Of a stretch of DNA of 64,000 bases, positions 23,546 to 34,227 are shown piece after piece. The stretch is taken from assembly GCF_011745625.1 (NCBI RefSeq), contig NW_027191473.1, positions 62,001 through 126,000 on the forward strand, in the 5' to 3' direction. A program made the position numbers and the translations under genes. The stretch is from Cladosporium halotolerans. Taxonomy: Eukaryota. The number at the start of each line of letters is the position of its first letter. Within the stretch, counting starts at the first letter, position 1. The notes under the pieces are model-generated. The model had not been told where the DNA came from and made no database searches. It was given only the letters and a program-made list of their open reading frames with translations.

Positions 23546-24849
23546 TCACAGCGGCTGACCCAGTGCACGGCCGTATGGTGTGACCATTATTGATTTCAAG
23601 CCGCCTGGAACCGTCTGGTGGTATTGCATGTCATACTCCTGTGGAATATTCTCAAAGTCATCTGCAAGACATCACTATCAGCACTGTATAATTTGAGATC
23701 GACGAATACTATTTACTCACCGACTTTAGTGAACACAAACGAAGGATCGTACTTCCCTTCCTTGACCAAGTCTAAGAGGTATGGGTAGTACTGTAGACTG
23801 TCAGCTAGCGGTACCTGAGTATTCATGACAGGCTAGCGATGTCAAACCTTCTGCGCCATTAATTGTCCGCCCCTGAGAGTGATGGTCTTTTCCATCAACA
23901 TACCGATAGGGAACATATTAGTGTTGAAGAAGAAATCTCCAATCAACGCAACGTTCCCGCCCTTCCGCGTGGCTTTGATTGCCTGGGTGACAGTGTCGGC
24001 ACTGTCACCCTCGAGTCCTGTTGCCCTCATGATCTTGTGCTTGGTCGAACCTGTGCTGCGGAAGCCACTTGCTTCAATCCCGCGGTCGAGACCGTGTGGC
24101 TCGACGGACAGGATATACTCATCAGGCTCCACTTTGGAAACATCCACAGGTATCATGCCAAAAGACTCCGCGATTTTGAGACGATGGAGGTCTTTGTCGA
24201 TAGCATATACTTTCTTCGCGCCGCGGATCTCTTTGGAAAGCTTTTGAATCGAGAGGCCGATAGGACCGCAGCCCCAGACACCGACAACGTCGCCTTCGCG
24301 CACTTCGGCAAGCTCTACGCCGTGCCAGGCCGTGTCGGTGACGTCGGCAAGGGCAAGAGCTTTCTTTGCAGGCATGTCTTCAGGGCACTTGATGAGCACC
24401 AGGTCGGCGTTCGGCACGCGACAGAACTCCGCTTGGTCGCCTGGATAGCCACCAGTAAGGTGAGAGTAACCGAAAATGCCGGAAAGGCGATGTCCGTACA
24501 GGTTCTCCATCATTTTCGAGGGGTTGGTTTTGTCGCAGAGTGAGTACTGCTGTTCCTTGCAGTAGAAGCAATCGCCGCACGCGATGACGGGTAGGATTAT
24601 GACTCGGTCGCCGGCTTTGATCTTCTGGACTTCTGGACCGATTTCATCGACGTAGCCAATCGCCTCATGGCCCATGATGTCCCCTTCTTGCATCGCTTGG
24701 TTCATCTCACCGCCGTACATGTGCAAGTCTGAGCCGCAAATGCAGCAGTGCGTGATGTGCACGATGGCGTCTTTAGGCGCTGTGATAGTGGGCTTGGGAA
24801 CCTCGCCAACCGTGACGGATTTTGTGCCCGTCCACTGCGCCGCTTTCAT
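23546..24849 (-). CDS. Zinc-dependent medium-chain dehydrogenase (formaldehyde dehydrogenase-like)
   Basis: CICGSDLH, MGHE, structural Zn site CGDCFYC...C, GCGPIG. Exons 24849..23848, 23790..23721 and 23661..23546 with GT-AG introns restore the C-terminus ...VPGGLKSIMVTPYGRALGQPL*. Confidence 0.85.
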
Positions 24850-25100
24850 CGTCTCAGTGGGATGGGGTTTGTAATCTGTCGTGTAGATCGGACTGTATGC
24901 TTGTAAGCATAGAAATGCCATGGTGCAGCTGTAGGAAGACTGACGCTGGGACTTTTGACGAATCCGCCATTGTGCAATATGGAGGTTTTGGGTACGAGGA
25001 GTTGGGTGTGTTCAGCTGGCTATGGTTCTTGAGAGCTTAGTGCTTGCTCTCAAAGAGCGAAGAGTTTGAAGCATGGCTGTATTATAGATCCACTGCGGCC

Positions 25101-25433
25101 TCCAGAAATGCTTTTACCATGGCATCTGTCAGTATGACAGCTCGTCCAGAAATGCCTTTACTATGGCATCTATCATTATGACAGCTCGTTTAGAAATGCC
25201 TTTACCATAGCATCTGTCAGTATGACAGCTCGTCCAGAAATGCCTTTACTATGGCATCTATCATTATGACAGCTCGTATAGAAATGCCTTTACCATGGCA
25301 TCTATCATTATGACAGCTCGTCCAGAAATGCCTTTACTATGGCATCTGTCATTATGACAGCTCGTCCAGAAATGCCTTTACCATGGCATCTATCATTATG
25401 ACAGCTCGTCCAGAAATGCCTTTACCATGGCAT
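25101..25433. repeat. 44-bp minisatellite, 7 full copies plus a 25-bp partial copy
   Basis: Consensus TCCAGAAATGCCTTTACCATGGCATCTRTCAKTATGACAGCTCG. Copies start at 25101, 25145, 25189, 25233, 25277, 25321, 25365 and 25409. Confidence 0.95.
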
Positions 25434-25719
25434 TATCACCAATGGGAAGTCAACTTCCAGGTAGCAAAGCATGATCTTATCCGATGGGCTGAGGCCGTCT
25501 AGGCAGTCGTGTCTCTTTCAAGAATAGACTTCCTGCTCCTAGAGTTATGCGTAAGGGTTTGGTCATAATGAGAGAGCCCTGACGGGATGCTGAGCGACAG
25601 AGAGAACTGCATCCAATCGAGTGCTTGGCAAAGCCTCCGGGCAGTGACCGGTGGTAGGGCATATACGCATATGCGGGCTCATAAGTGCATGCATACTAGA
25701 CCACATTCATGATCAGTAA

Positions 25720-26600
25720 GGCTTAAAAGGGAGCGTAAGTGAATCGCATTGTTTAGGCTTAGTAGGTACTAAGAGAATACCTAGGGGGTCTAATGCGATA
25801 GTACGATAATTACTCAAGTGTATGTTATAAATTACGCTTTAGAGTATCGCTTACGTAAGGAATAGAAACTTGTAAAATAGACTACAGTGTAGAGAACTTA
25901 AATATTCTACTCATCTTAAGTAGTGATAGAATCTTTAAAAATCTAATTAGTAGTTATAGAATTAGTATAATATCTTCTTTAAACTAAATAGTAAGTTAAA
26001 TATAAGAATATCGTGTTAAGAATATAAGTTTGTATAGCCTAAGGCCACTAAACTTTAGGATGCGGCTAAACTACTTAGCGCGACATCCTTGATAACATTA
26101 CTAAGCACCCTCGAGTTATATAACTAGGTGCTTAGTAATTAGTTACTTAGTAGTACTAAGTATACTAATTACACTAATTACTATAACTATAGTACGAGTC
26201 TCCTTAGTATATAGGAACTTAAGAAGACTATCGGTATTCTTATATTCAACTTATTATTGATAGTAACTACTTAGAATTAGGACTTATTTACTATCTCTTT
26301 ACTTCTATACTTCGTATTTTCTCTACCAAGTACTAACCCGACTTCTTAGTCATCTGACTTGCACTCACGTGACGGTAGTCACTTAGGACGATAGTCCTAA
26401 TATACCAATAGTTTTCTTAGTTTCTTATATACTAAAAAAAATTTGTACTATAGTTATAGTAATTAGTATAATTAGTATACTTAGTACCGCTAATGAAAGA
26501 TTACCCAAAAGATGAATCTCGCAACCTATAGGACACGACCGAGCAATTACTACCTATAGTATAAGACTAATCGCTACTTTACGGACGGGTTACCTACGCC
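25720..26600. mobile_element. AT-rich RIP-degraded repeat/transposon relic
   Basis: Abrupt AT enrichment, many TpA (TAG/CTA/TAA), visibly few CpA/TpG, no ORFs. Confidence 0.7.
26147..26493. mobile_element. MITE-like element with ~49-bp terminal inverted repeats
   Basis: 26147..26195 (TTAGTAGTACTAAGTATACTAATTACACTAATTACTATAACTATAGTAC) is the reverse complement of 26445..26493 with 3 mismatches. Confidence 0.65.
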
Positions 26601-26644
26601 TCGCTAGTTATCCGCACGCAGCTGCCAAGCGCCAAAGAAATTGG

Positions 26645-26704
26645 GGATGGACATAGCGCTGGTAATGACAACCGGGTTGGACATAGCGCTGGTATTGACA
26701 ACCG
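26645..26704. repeat. Two 30-bp direct repeats
   Basis: GGATGGACATAGCGCTGGTAATGACAACCG followed by GGTTGGACATAGCGCTGGTATTGACAACCG (2 mismatches). Confidence 0.9.
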
Positions 26705-26991
26705 CATCAACGTCGTGTAGCAGACCTCATGATGGATACAGAAAATTAGGCTGAACGAAATGAGAGCAATAGGCAGACAATGCGGATTCGACTGAAAATA
26801 AGAAATGCCAATGCCCGCTATGAAACCGGGTATATGTATGCTGTGCTCTGCTTTCTAACAAAGGAATCCTCCGATTCTCCAGCCTACCAGGTACCCTATC
26901 CCGACCAATGAAATGCGAAAGCAAAAAGGAAAAGGAAATATCGCCATCTGATGGCGATCAAGCAAATCCCTCTCCGAGCCACTGTCCACGC

Positions 26992-29900
26992 TCATGCACC
27001 GCCAGCATTCCTAAATACAACCCTCCTGGTCCCTCCCACCGTCCCCAGCTCTGTGAAACCCTTCTGCTTCTGCCCCTTCTGCTCCCCACCGCCAGCATTC
27101 TGCACTCTCTCTACCATCCCCTCAACCCACCGCGCCTTCTGCTCCGGCAGCTCACGCTTCCCACCACTGCCGAAACCCGCGAGCCCAATTTCCGGCGAAC
27201 TGTGCTTGCCACTAGAAAGATTCGAGTCCGCCGTCGACGGGCGCGAAGCCGACTTGGCCGGGATCGCCGGCCTGTCCGGCGTCACCATCGCAGCAGCCGC
27301 ACTCGGATCCAAATTCTCCCCCTGCACCTGCGGCGGCGTCGGCGGCATGGGCGACCTGCGCCCCGACGCAGCAGAAAACAGCGGGCCACTAGCCTGCCGC
27401 CTGAGCGCGGGGTGGATCGCGCCGTTGGGGCCGGCGATGGGGGAGGAGACGGCCTTGACGTCGACGTCGCCGGCGGAAGCCGAGACGGTGCGCGAGCCGT
27501 GGTGCTCGGCGTACTGGCGCAGGTAGTCGGCGAGGTCGGCCCAGCCGCCGCCGACGCGGACCATGACGCGCTCGCCCTCGCCGACGAGGCGCACGAAGAG
27601 CTTGATGGGCTCTTCGCGGCCGGCTTGCGTGAGGTGGTAGAGTTTGACTTCGGGCTCGTTGGCGGTGGCGTGGCGTCGGCTGGGCGAGGGGTCGGCGGGG
27701 GCGAGGGTGAGGGCGCCGGGGTTGGTGGATGTGCGGGATGGGGCGCGGGGGTTGTTTTTGGGTCGAGGGCCGCCGTAGGAGCGTGGGTCGGCGGCGCGAG
27801 GTTGTGGTGTTGTGGCGCCGGTGCGGAAGCGGATTGAGGCGGGGATCTTTTGGAGGACTTTGCTGACTTGGCGGTCGAAGGTGTCTGATTCGGGTTTGAG
27901 TTCGAAGGAAGGAGGTGAAAGATCGCTTTGTTGAGTAGCCGGACCGCGACGCTTTCCCATGAACGAGTTCAAAGCACCTATCTCGGCCGCTGGACTTGCT
28001 TCCTTGGAGACGACGCTGAGGTTGGATGTCTTGTGTTTCAGCCAGCTTGGACCTGGAGATCCGGCTAAAGGAGAGACTGGCGTCCTTGGGCGTTCCTCGT
28101 GGATGGCAGGCGGGGTTGGAAATGCGGGCTCCTCTTCGCGGCGTGGCGGCCTGCCGAGAGCGTCTTCGATCGGCTGCACGTCGTGATCCATAGGAGATGC
28201 GCTACTTTTGCGAGGTGAGAGATCGATACTCTTGACTTCTAAGATGTTTTGGCTTCCGATGCTCATCTTGCTTGCTCGACGCATTTGGAGGCTTTCATTG
28301 ATACGCTCTTGATTGGCACCTTCCTCGTCCTCCTGCGGCGGGTCTTGTAGTTGCATAGACGACATAGTATATGAGCTTCGTGGTCTATTCTGTTGCGGCG
28401 AAGTTGTAGCAACGCTGTTTGCTCGTGACAGCGAGGGTGACGCCATCTGAAAATAGCTGACTCTAGCGTCCTGGATCTCAGGCGAGTAAGTGTCTGAAGT
28501 GATTGAATTTGGAGTCTTGGGATCTTCGGAAGCATTCGTTGGCAAAGGCAAGCTGGAATCTGCAGGAAGGTCGATGTGCTGGGGTCTTTCGGTAACTGGC
28601 ACACTCGATGCAGGAACGCTTTCTTCCTGGAACTGAGCATGAAAGACCGACCCAGGGGAGTTCTCGAGCATGAAGCTTTCGACCGTCGGCACGACCGAAC
28701 TCCGGACAGGCAACCGACTTTTTGGTGGCTCAGGGAACGAAGCCGGCAGGTCCGATACCAACGCGGGAGACTCCGAGCGCTCGTCAGGAGTACCTGGCAG
28801 GCTATCGACAAACATGCGGTGGAAGGAATCGCTCTCCATCGGTTTCTTGGGACTAGTCATGCCCGTACTCTCATTTGATGCTTGAGCATAGAGACGAGCC
28901 GTTTGTGCGTCTACGGGGCCGCCGCGTTCGTAAATCGATTCGGGTGGAGACAAGGGCCAATTCTCGCCGAAATCGAATTCGGGGAAGGGTTCAGCTTTCT
29001 TCTGTCCGCGATTTGGAGATGCGGGGGTAGACGACTGCGATTTGATCTTCGCTGGACTCTGCAGCGATCGTCTCGGGCTCTTTGGTGGCAGGTCAGGCGC
29101 AGGGAGCACAGGCACCGGCGGTGCATCGGCATCGGCCGCGACAGGATCGGCCTTTGGTGTAGTACCTCTGTCCTTCGACAGGTCTCGCGAACTGCCCTCA
29201 GACGTCTTTCTTCGTATGGACGATTTGGGACTGGCGGGCGTCCTACCACCCCAAATAACTCCATTCTCACTCTTGCCACTTCCGCTACGACGACGGATCT
29301 CAGACCTGAGCGAAGTGCTGCGGCTGCGCTCTGGCGATGGCGCTCCCTCCTGCTTAAAGAGTCGTGCGAACGCATTGCTAGCGTGCTCGAACGGTCTTAC
29401 AGGCGTCTTGGTGGCTCTCTGCAACGACTGCGTCCTCTCTATGTCGCCGGTGAAAAATGCGCGTCTTTTGGCTACAGACAAAGCCGGTACTTCGCTGTTT
29501 GATTTCGCGGGTTCTGGAAGGAGATCCGAAGCTGGCGGTTCGATAGGTGATGATGAATCGCCAGTAATGCCCTCGCTAGGGTATTTCTGGCCATCACCGA
29601 CATAGGGGAGAATGATAGGGACATGCCGAGATCTGCTTGATCTCCGTGATGCCGCGGTGGAAGCCCGAGGAATGGGCTCGATGATATGATCCGCTTGTGC
29701 TGATGGAATGGTGTTGGAATCGTTTCTTGCTAGCTCTGGGATGGGCGGAGGCATGAGGTCGAATGTTGGAGCAGGGCTGGGCTCGCGGCCTTCGATCGGA
29801 GGTGACAATGCGCTGCCAATATCATTCGTTCTTTCGATCGGAGATCGAACACCAGCCCCAGCGTCTCCGCCATTGTGCCCATTAGCGAGGCCGTTCACCG

Positions 29901-31062
29901 GAGACTCAGGCATCGTGGAGCTGCGGAAACTCCTGGAGCGAGTCTGAGCAGCAGATGACAGCCTCTTAGACCATCTATTCTTCCGCAAATCGTCCTCCAA
30001 TATCTTCCTCTCAGCACGAATGGTCCACTCGGCGTAATTTTGTTCCATTGACTCCAACTCTTCGATCCAGCTCTCGGGTACAGTCTCCGGTCGACCTTCA
30101 AGGTCATCGAGGAATCTGTCCAACTTCATACCGAGCTTGCCAATATCGTGTTCCATACGGCTTTTCAATTCGATCATGTCTCCTCTGGTGAAGGCTGGCC
30201 GCGGCAAATTCTCACCACCAATGGGCAAATTGGCAAGGGACCCCCAACCTTGATCGAGATCAGCGCGCGCCTGCCACAATAGCTTCAGATAGAGCGGTGC
30301 CTGGCGCAGGATCGCAAGACGCACCCTCCAGGTAGTCAACATGCTGTTGAGGCGCGACAAGAATGGCAATGTCTGCATGATCGTTGCGGTCACGATCGCC
30401 GTGAAATCATCCAGCTTCCTCAAATCCGTCGCGGCACCTATCGCGCCAATGCTATCGTCGATCGAAGCAGCACCAGTGCCAGCCTGGTTGTGCGCCGACA
30501 ATGCGAACTCTTTCAACTCTTCCATATCGATCTCGTCCAATTGCTGCGCGATCTCGTCCCAGCGTTGTTCGTATTCTCTCACTGTCTTGGCTGGTAAACT
30601 CCCCCAGTATTCCGAATCGTCGATCTCTTGGTCATTGGTGCTGACCTCCCGCGAGAGGCTTCCCGTGCTCATTGTACTCAACCTCTGCCTCTTCCTTGTC
30701 GGCTCAGGAACGTCGAATGTTCCCGACCACTCCCAGCCCTCCATTTCGCGCGCCCATGATCGCACGTCTAGACATGTTTGCGCGGCTCTGGCTCCAAGGT
30801 TGCGCTGAGCAGGCGACGAATCTTGTAAAGCCGCATGAAGGGCATCGTCGGCAGAGATGCGACTGGCCTCGGCGAATGCGCGGAGAGTGGTTGTAGGCGA
30901 AAGACTCCGAAGGACTGGGTCTGTGTCTCGCGGTTGGGCGAATTGTAGTCTAGAAGAGGATCTTGAAGGCGAACGAGAGATCAATTGGCGACGAGTCGGA
31001 GAAGAAATGCCAGGAGCGTGGGCGGCCGGGTTGGCCAATGTGAGGGGTACTCCGCCGTCCAT
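26992..31062 (-). CDS. GAS2/GAR-domain (microtubule-binding) protein
   Basis: 1356-aa ORF with helical N-terminal region, long S/P-rich middle and C-terminal KLFVRLVGEGERVMVRVGGGWADLADYL GAR motif. Confidence 0.85.
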   Translation of the reverse strand: MDGGVPLTLANPAAHAPGISSPTRRQLISRSPSRSSSRLQFAQPRDTDPVLRSLSPTTTLRAFAEASRISADDALHAALQDSSPAQRNLGARAAQTCLDVRSWAREMEGWEWSGTFDVPEPTRKRQRLSTMSTGSLSREVSTNDQEIDDSEYWGSLPAKTVREYEQRWDEIAQQLDEIDMEELKEFALSAHNQAGTGAASIDDSIGAIGAATDLRKLDDFTAIVTATIMQTLPFLSRLNSMLTTWRVRLAILRQAPLYLKLLWQARADLDQGWGSLANLPIGGENLPRPAFTRGDMIELKSRMEHDIGKLGMKLDRFLDDLEGRPETVPESWIEELESMEQNYAEWTIRAERKILEDDLRKNRWSKRLSSAAQTRSRSFRSSTMPESPVNGLANGHNGGDAGAGVRSPIERTNDIGSALSPPIEGREPSPAPTFDLMPPPIPELARNDSNTIPSAQADHIIEPIPRASTAASRRSSRSRHVPIILPYVGDGQKYPSEGITGDSSSPIEPPASDLLPEPAKSNSEVPALSVAKRRAFFTGDIERTQSLQRATKTPVRPFEHASNAFARLFKQEGAPSPERSRSTSLRSEIRRRSGSGKSENGVIWGGRTPASPKSSIRRKTSEGSSRDLSKDRGTTPKADPVAADADAPPVPVLPAPDLPPKSPRRSLQSPAKIKSQSSTPASPNRGQKKAEPFPEFDFGENWPLSPPESIYERGGPVDAQTARLYAQASNESTGMTSPKKPMESDSFHRMFVDSLPGTPDERSESPALVSDLPASFPEPPKSRLPVRSSVVPTVESFMLENSPGSVFHAQFQEESVPASSVPVTERPQHIDLPADSSLPLPTNASEDPKTPNSITSDTYSPEIQDARVSYFQMASPSLSRANSVATTSPQQNRPRSSYTMSSMQLQDPPQEDEEGANQERINESLQMRRASKMSIGSQNILEVKSIDLSPRKSSASPMDHDVQPIEDALGRPPRREEEPAFPTPPAIHEERPRTPVSPLAGSPGPSWLKHKTSNLSVVSKEASPAAEIGALNSFMGKRRGPATQQSDLSPPSFELKPESDTFDRQVSKVLQKIPASIRFRTGATTPQPRAADPRSYGGPRPKNNPRAPSRTSTNPGALTLAPADPSPSRRHATANEPEVKLYHLTQAGREEPIKLFVRLVGEGERVMVRVGGGWADLADYLRQYAEHHGSRTVSASAGDVDVKAVSSPIAGPNGAIHPALRRQASGPLFSAASGRRSPMPPTPPQVQGENLDPSAAAAMVTPDRPAIPAKSASRPSTADSNLSSGKHSSPEIGLAGFGSGGKRELPEQKARWVEGMVERVQNAGGGEQKGQKQKGFTELGTVGGTRRVVFRNAGGA

Positions 31063-31936
31063 TGTCGCTGAACGGAGGAGGCTAGGTCGGCATTGGAGTG
31101 CGTTGGGAAGAAATTAGGTATGCGCCTGAGGAGGTCCGGGTATGAGATCTTTAGCGTCAGGCATGTCTCAGTTGAGGAGCTGGAAACAGCGTGGCAGGTC
31201 GAACATGCCGTTCCAATCACAGGGTTCGGCTTGGAGTGTAATTCGGTCCCCGTAGCTTCGCATCGGAAAGGGAGTAGTGCCAGTAGTGGAGCGCGGAAAT
31301 CCTGAAGCTGTCGTTATAAGGTTGGACCCGGAGGAACGCGTTTCGGCGCGCGGGAGTTGCGACAGCAAGCCGAAGGAGGGGCGTTTGAGCTGGTCGCGAA
31401 ATAGAGCGATGGCGCACCCGGTATTATATGCGGACTGGAGCACAACGCAGATATTTGGCGTGCCTACGTTGTGTGGATGAGAATCGTGCGTGACAACAAA
31501 ATTATAGAGATATATGTTAAGACGGCACATGCGCAAGCCACGCGGCGAACGAGCCAATGCCTGCCCGGACGCGGCTGCGAGAGCTGCACGTCCCATGGCA
31601 TGACCAGCGTCGTTGCGTCGTGCATTGGTCGATTCTCCGAAAAAAGCCTCCGTCTGGCTCACCACCCCTCAGATCTGCGTACGCCGCTCAGGTCATGATC
31701 GGGGTTCAAGCTCAGACCTGCAGACTTCTCCGAGATGCCCTCTCAAAGGATCGAACACCTGTGTTCGGTACCCGGTACTCAACATCTGAGCTCCGCTCGC
31801 ATACGCACAGACACCCATAGCGGATTGATGGTATACCTGGGCAGACAGACGGCTCGTGATCATCACACCCATCGGCCTGTCAACCGTGTGATTCGCCAGG
31901 CACTAACTACGTTGCAAACTGACTACTCAGCTTAAC

Positions 31937-32766
31937 CTACTTCGAGCCGCTCTCAGCAGCACCGCAACTCCTCCACGCGCTCAGGATCAGATCCACAATC
32001 GCATCCACGCCCTTGCCGTTCTTGACCTGCGCGAAAATCGTCGGTCCGCCCTCCCTGATCTTCCTGGCATCCCGGTCCATCACGCCCAAGTCCGCGCCCA
32101 CCAACTCCGCCAAATCCGTCTTGTTCACGACCAGCAAATCGCTCTGTGTGATGCCCGGTCCGCCCTTGCGAGGGATCTTGTCACCTCCGCTCACGTCGAT
32201 CACGTAGATGATGAAGTCCGCCAGCTCGCGCGAGTAGTTCGCCGCGAGGTTGTCGCCGCCGGACTCGATGAGGAGGAGCTGGGTAGAGAACTCGTTGTGC
32301 AGGTCGGTGAGCGCGGCGAGGTTGGTGGAGATATCCTCGCGGACGGCGGCGTGCGGGCAGCCGCCCGTCTCGATCGCACGTATGCGCTCGGCGGGCAGCG
32401 CTTTGTGGCGCGTGAGGAATTCGCAGTCCTCGCGTGTGAAGATGTCGTTCGTGACGGCAGCTATGCTGTACTTCTCGCGGAGGGCGAGGCACAGGGCAAG
32501 CATCAGGGCTGTTTTACCGGAGCCGACAGGACTTGGAAGACTGCGTTAGCATTTCCATGCTGTTGATCCAGACGGGAGAGCTCTCAAGGAAGGACATACC
32601 CACCAATGCCCACGGTGAAGCCTCTCTCCTTGAAGTCGCGGCCCTCGATAATAGGCATCTCGCGGCCGAGGAAGGAACCCGGGCCGTCCAAGATCTCGTG
32701 TGAGTGGCCATGGTCCTGGCCCTCGTGAGAGTGACCGTGATCGTGATCGTGCGAGTGACCTGTCAT
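31937..32766 (-). CDS. ureG: Urease accessory GTPase UreG
   Basis: His-rich N-terminus ([11 protein letters not shown]). Exon 1 32766..32600, intron 32599..32532, exon 2 restores GIGGPVGSGKT. Also ETGGCPH, ESGGDNL, NKTD. Confidence 0.95.
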
Positions 32767-33222
32767 TTTTGTGTCCACGTACGATTCTAGGGTGAAACGA
32801 TTTGTAGGACTGGCTCGCCGAGCTCTCTTTTAAATGTTTCGGCGGGCTATGGGCATGGTGGGGGTTGGTGGTGGGGTTTACCTGCGCAGAGGAAACTCAA
32901 AATTCCGGGTGAGCAGACGACAGGTACGAGCTCGACGTGTTATAGAACGATGCATACAACCCGTTCACTAAACGCAATGGACGCTCCTTTGTGACTTCTA
33001 CGTATTCCGTGACATTGTCGCTCCACTCAATCATATTTGAAAGATGATGTCCCGAGCGATTTTGTTTTAAAGATCATTCTCACACGTTTTGATAGGATTC
33101 GCTACCATCCAACAATTCGGCGAAGTCGAGATAGCCTCCTCTTTCTGTTACCTAAACCCCGTTCGTACGCCATCCCATGCGCCTTTTAGTGGCGACCATT
33201 TCAACAGACAAATCGAAAAGCC

Positions 33223-34227
33223 ATGGACTGCACATCCATACAGCATCAACATGCCACCACCGCCTGGCGCAAGTTTCGCGTCATCATTCACACCCGCGCG
33301 CCTGCATATCAGCCCTCTCCAACAACGGCCTTGGTAGCCCTCGGCCTCTTCAACATCCCGGCAACAGCAGCATACTACATAACCAAAGTCCTCGCAACCC
33401 GCCATGCCCTCGAATCATGGCCCTCGAGCTGGAACGCGCGCTGGATCGCGCACTACTTCCCCGACAAAACCGCCTCCCTCAGAACCGACCACGTCTCGTC
33501 GCACGTCCGCGAGGCCCTGCAACGCCTCACATCCACCCTGGCCCTCTCGCCGTTGACTCTCAGCAGAAAGCGCTACTGGACCCTTCTCACGGCCAATTTC
33601 ACGCAGTTCAACCTCGCCCACTTCGTGGGTAACATGCTCGCGCTCAACGCCGTCGCCCCCGCCTGCGCTCGCGTCCCGGGCATGAGCGCCGCGCACGTCT
33701 TCGGGCTCGCGCTGAGTACCAGCTTGACGACGAGCGCGCACGCGCTCTATCGACTCCACGGCGAGTGGGGCTGGAAGATGTGCGGGTTCAGCGCGGTGCT
33801 GTGCGCGTTGACGAGCGTGGCCGCCCTGGGCGCTCCAAATGACGCCCCGGATGATGGACCCGGGCGGGCATTGGAGGAGGCGCAGAGCGCATGGATGGTT
33901 GCGGGCATGCAGCTTGTGAGCGATCTGGTGGCTGTGCTGGGCGCGACGCGTGGTGGTGGTGCAGTTGGAGCGCGCGGTGGCAAGACCGAGTCGGTGGATT
34001 TTAAAGCGCATTTGGTGGGTTGGGCTTGTGGTGCGGTTTACTATGTGATCTTCTTGTGGGGTAAAGATGGGATTGGTGTCAGTAGAGGCGAAGTTTCGGG
34101 GCAGCAAGGAGAAGATGTGGGAGAGGTTGGGTGGACGGGTCGAGTTGAGGGCTCCGTGAGAGAGTCCGAGGACTGGGAAGAGATTGCTTCAAAGCTTGGG
34201 TATGATGATTCAGTCGGAGAGACTTGA
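33223..34227 (+). CDS. Rhomboid-family intramembrane protease-like protein
   Basis: RYWTLLT, HFVGNM (HxxxN), GFSA (GxS catalytic Ser) and AHLVG (catalytic His) in the expected order with TM helices. Confidence 0.65.
   Translation: MDCTSIQHQHATTAWRKFRVIIHTRAPAYQPSPTTALVALGLFNIPATAAYYITKVLATRHALESWPSSWNARWIAHYFPDKTASLRTDHVSSHVREALQRLTSTLALSPLTLSRKRYWTLLTANFTQFNLAHFVGNMLALNAVAPACARVPGMSAAHVFGLALSTSLTTSAHALYRLHGEWGWKMCGFSAVLCALTSVAALGAPNDAPDDGPGRALEEAQSAWMVAGMQLVSDLVAVLGATRGGGAVGARGGKTESVDFKAHLVGWACGAVYYVIFLWGKDGIGVSRGEVSGQQGEDVGEVGWTGRVEGSVRESEDWEEIASKLGYDDSVGET

Noticed and set aside
25101..25433. CRISPR-like array
   Set aside because: Units are contiguous with no unique spacers, the context is eukaryotic, and no cas genes are present.
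17290..26720. Intact Starship or autonomous transposon
   Set aside because: No DUF3435 recombinase, transposase, reverse transcriptase or paired termini recognised; kept only as a decayed island.
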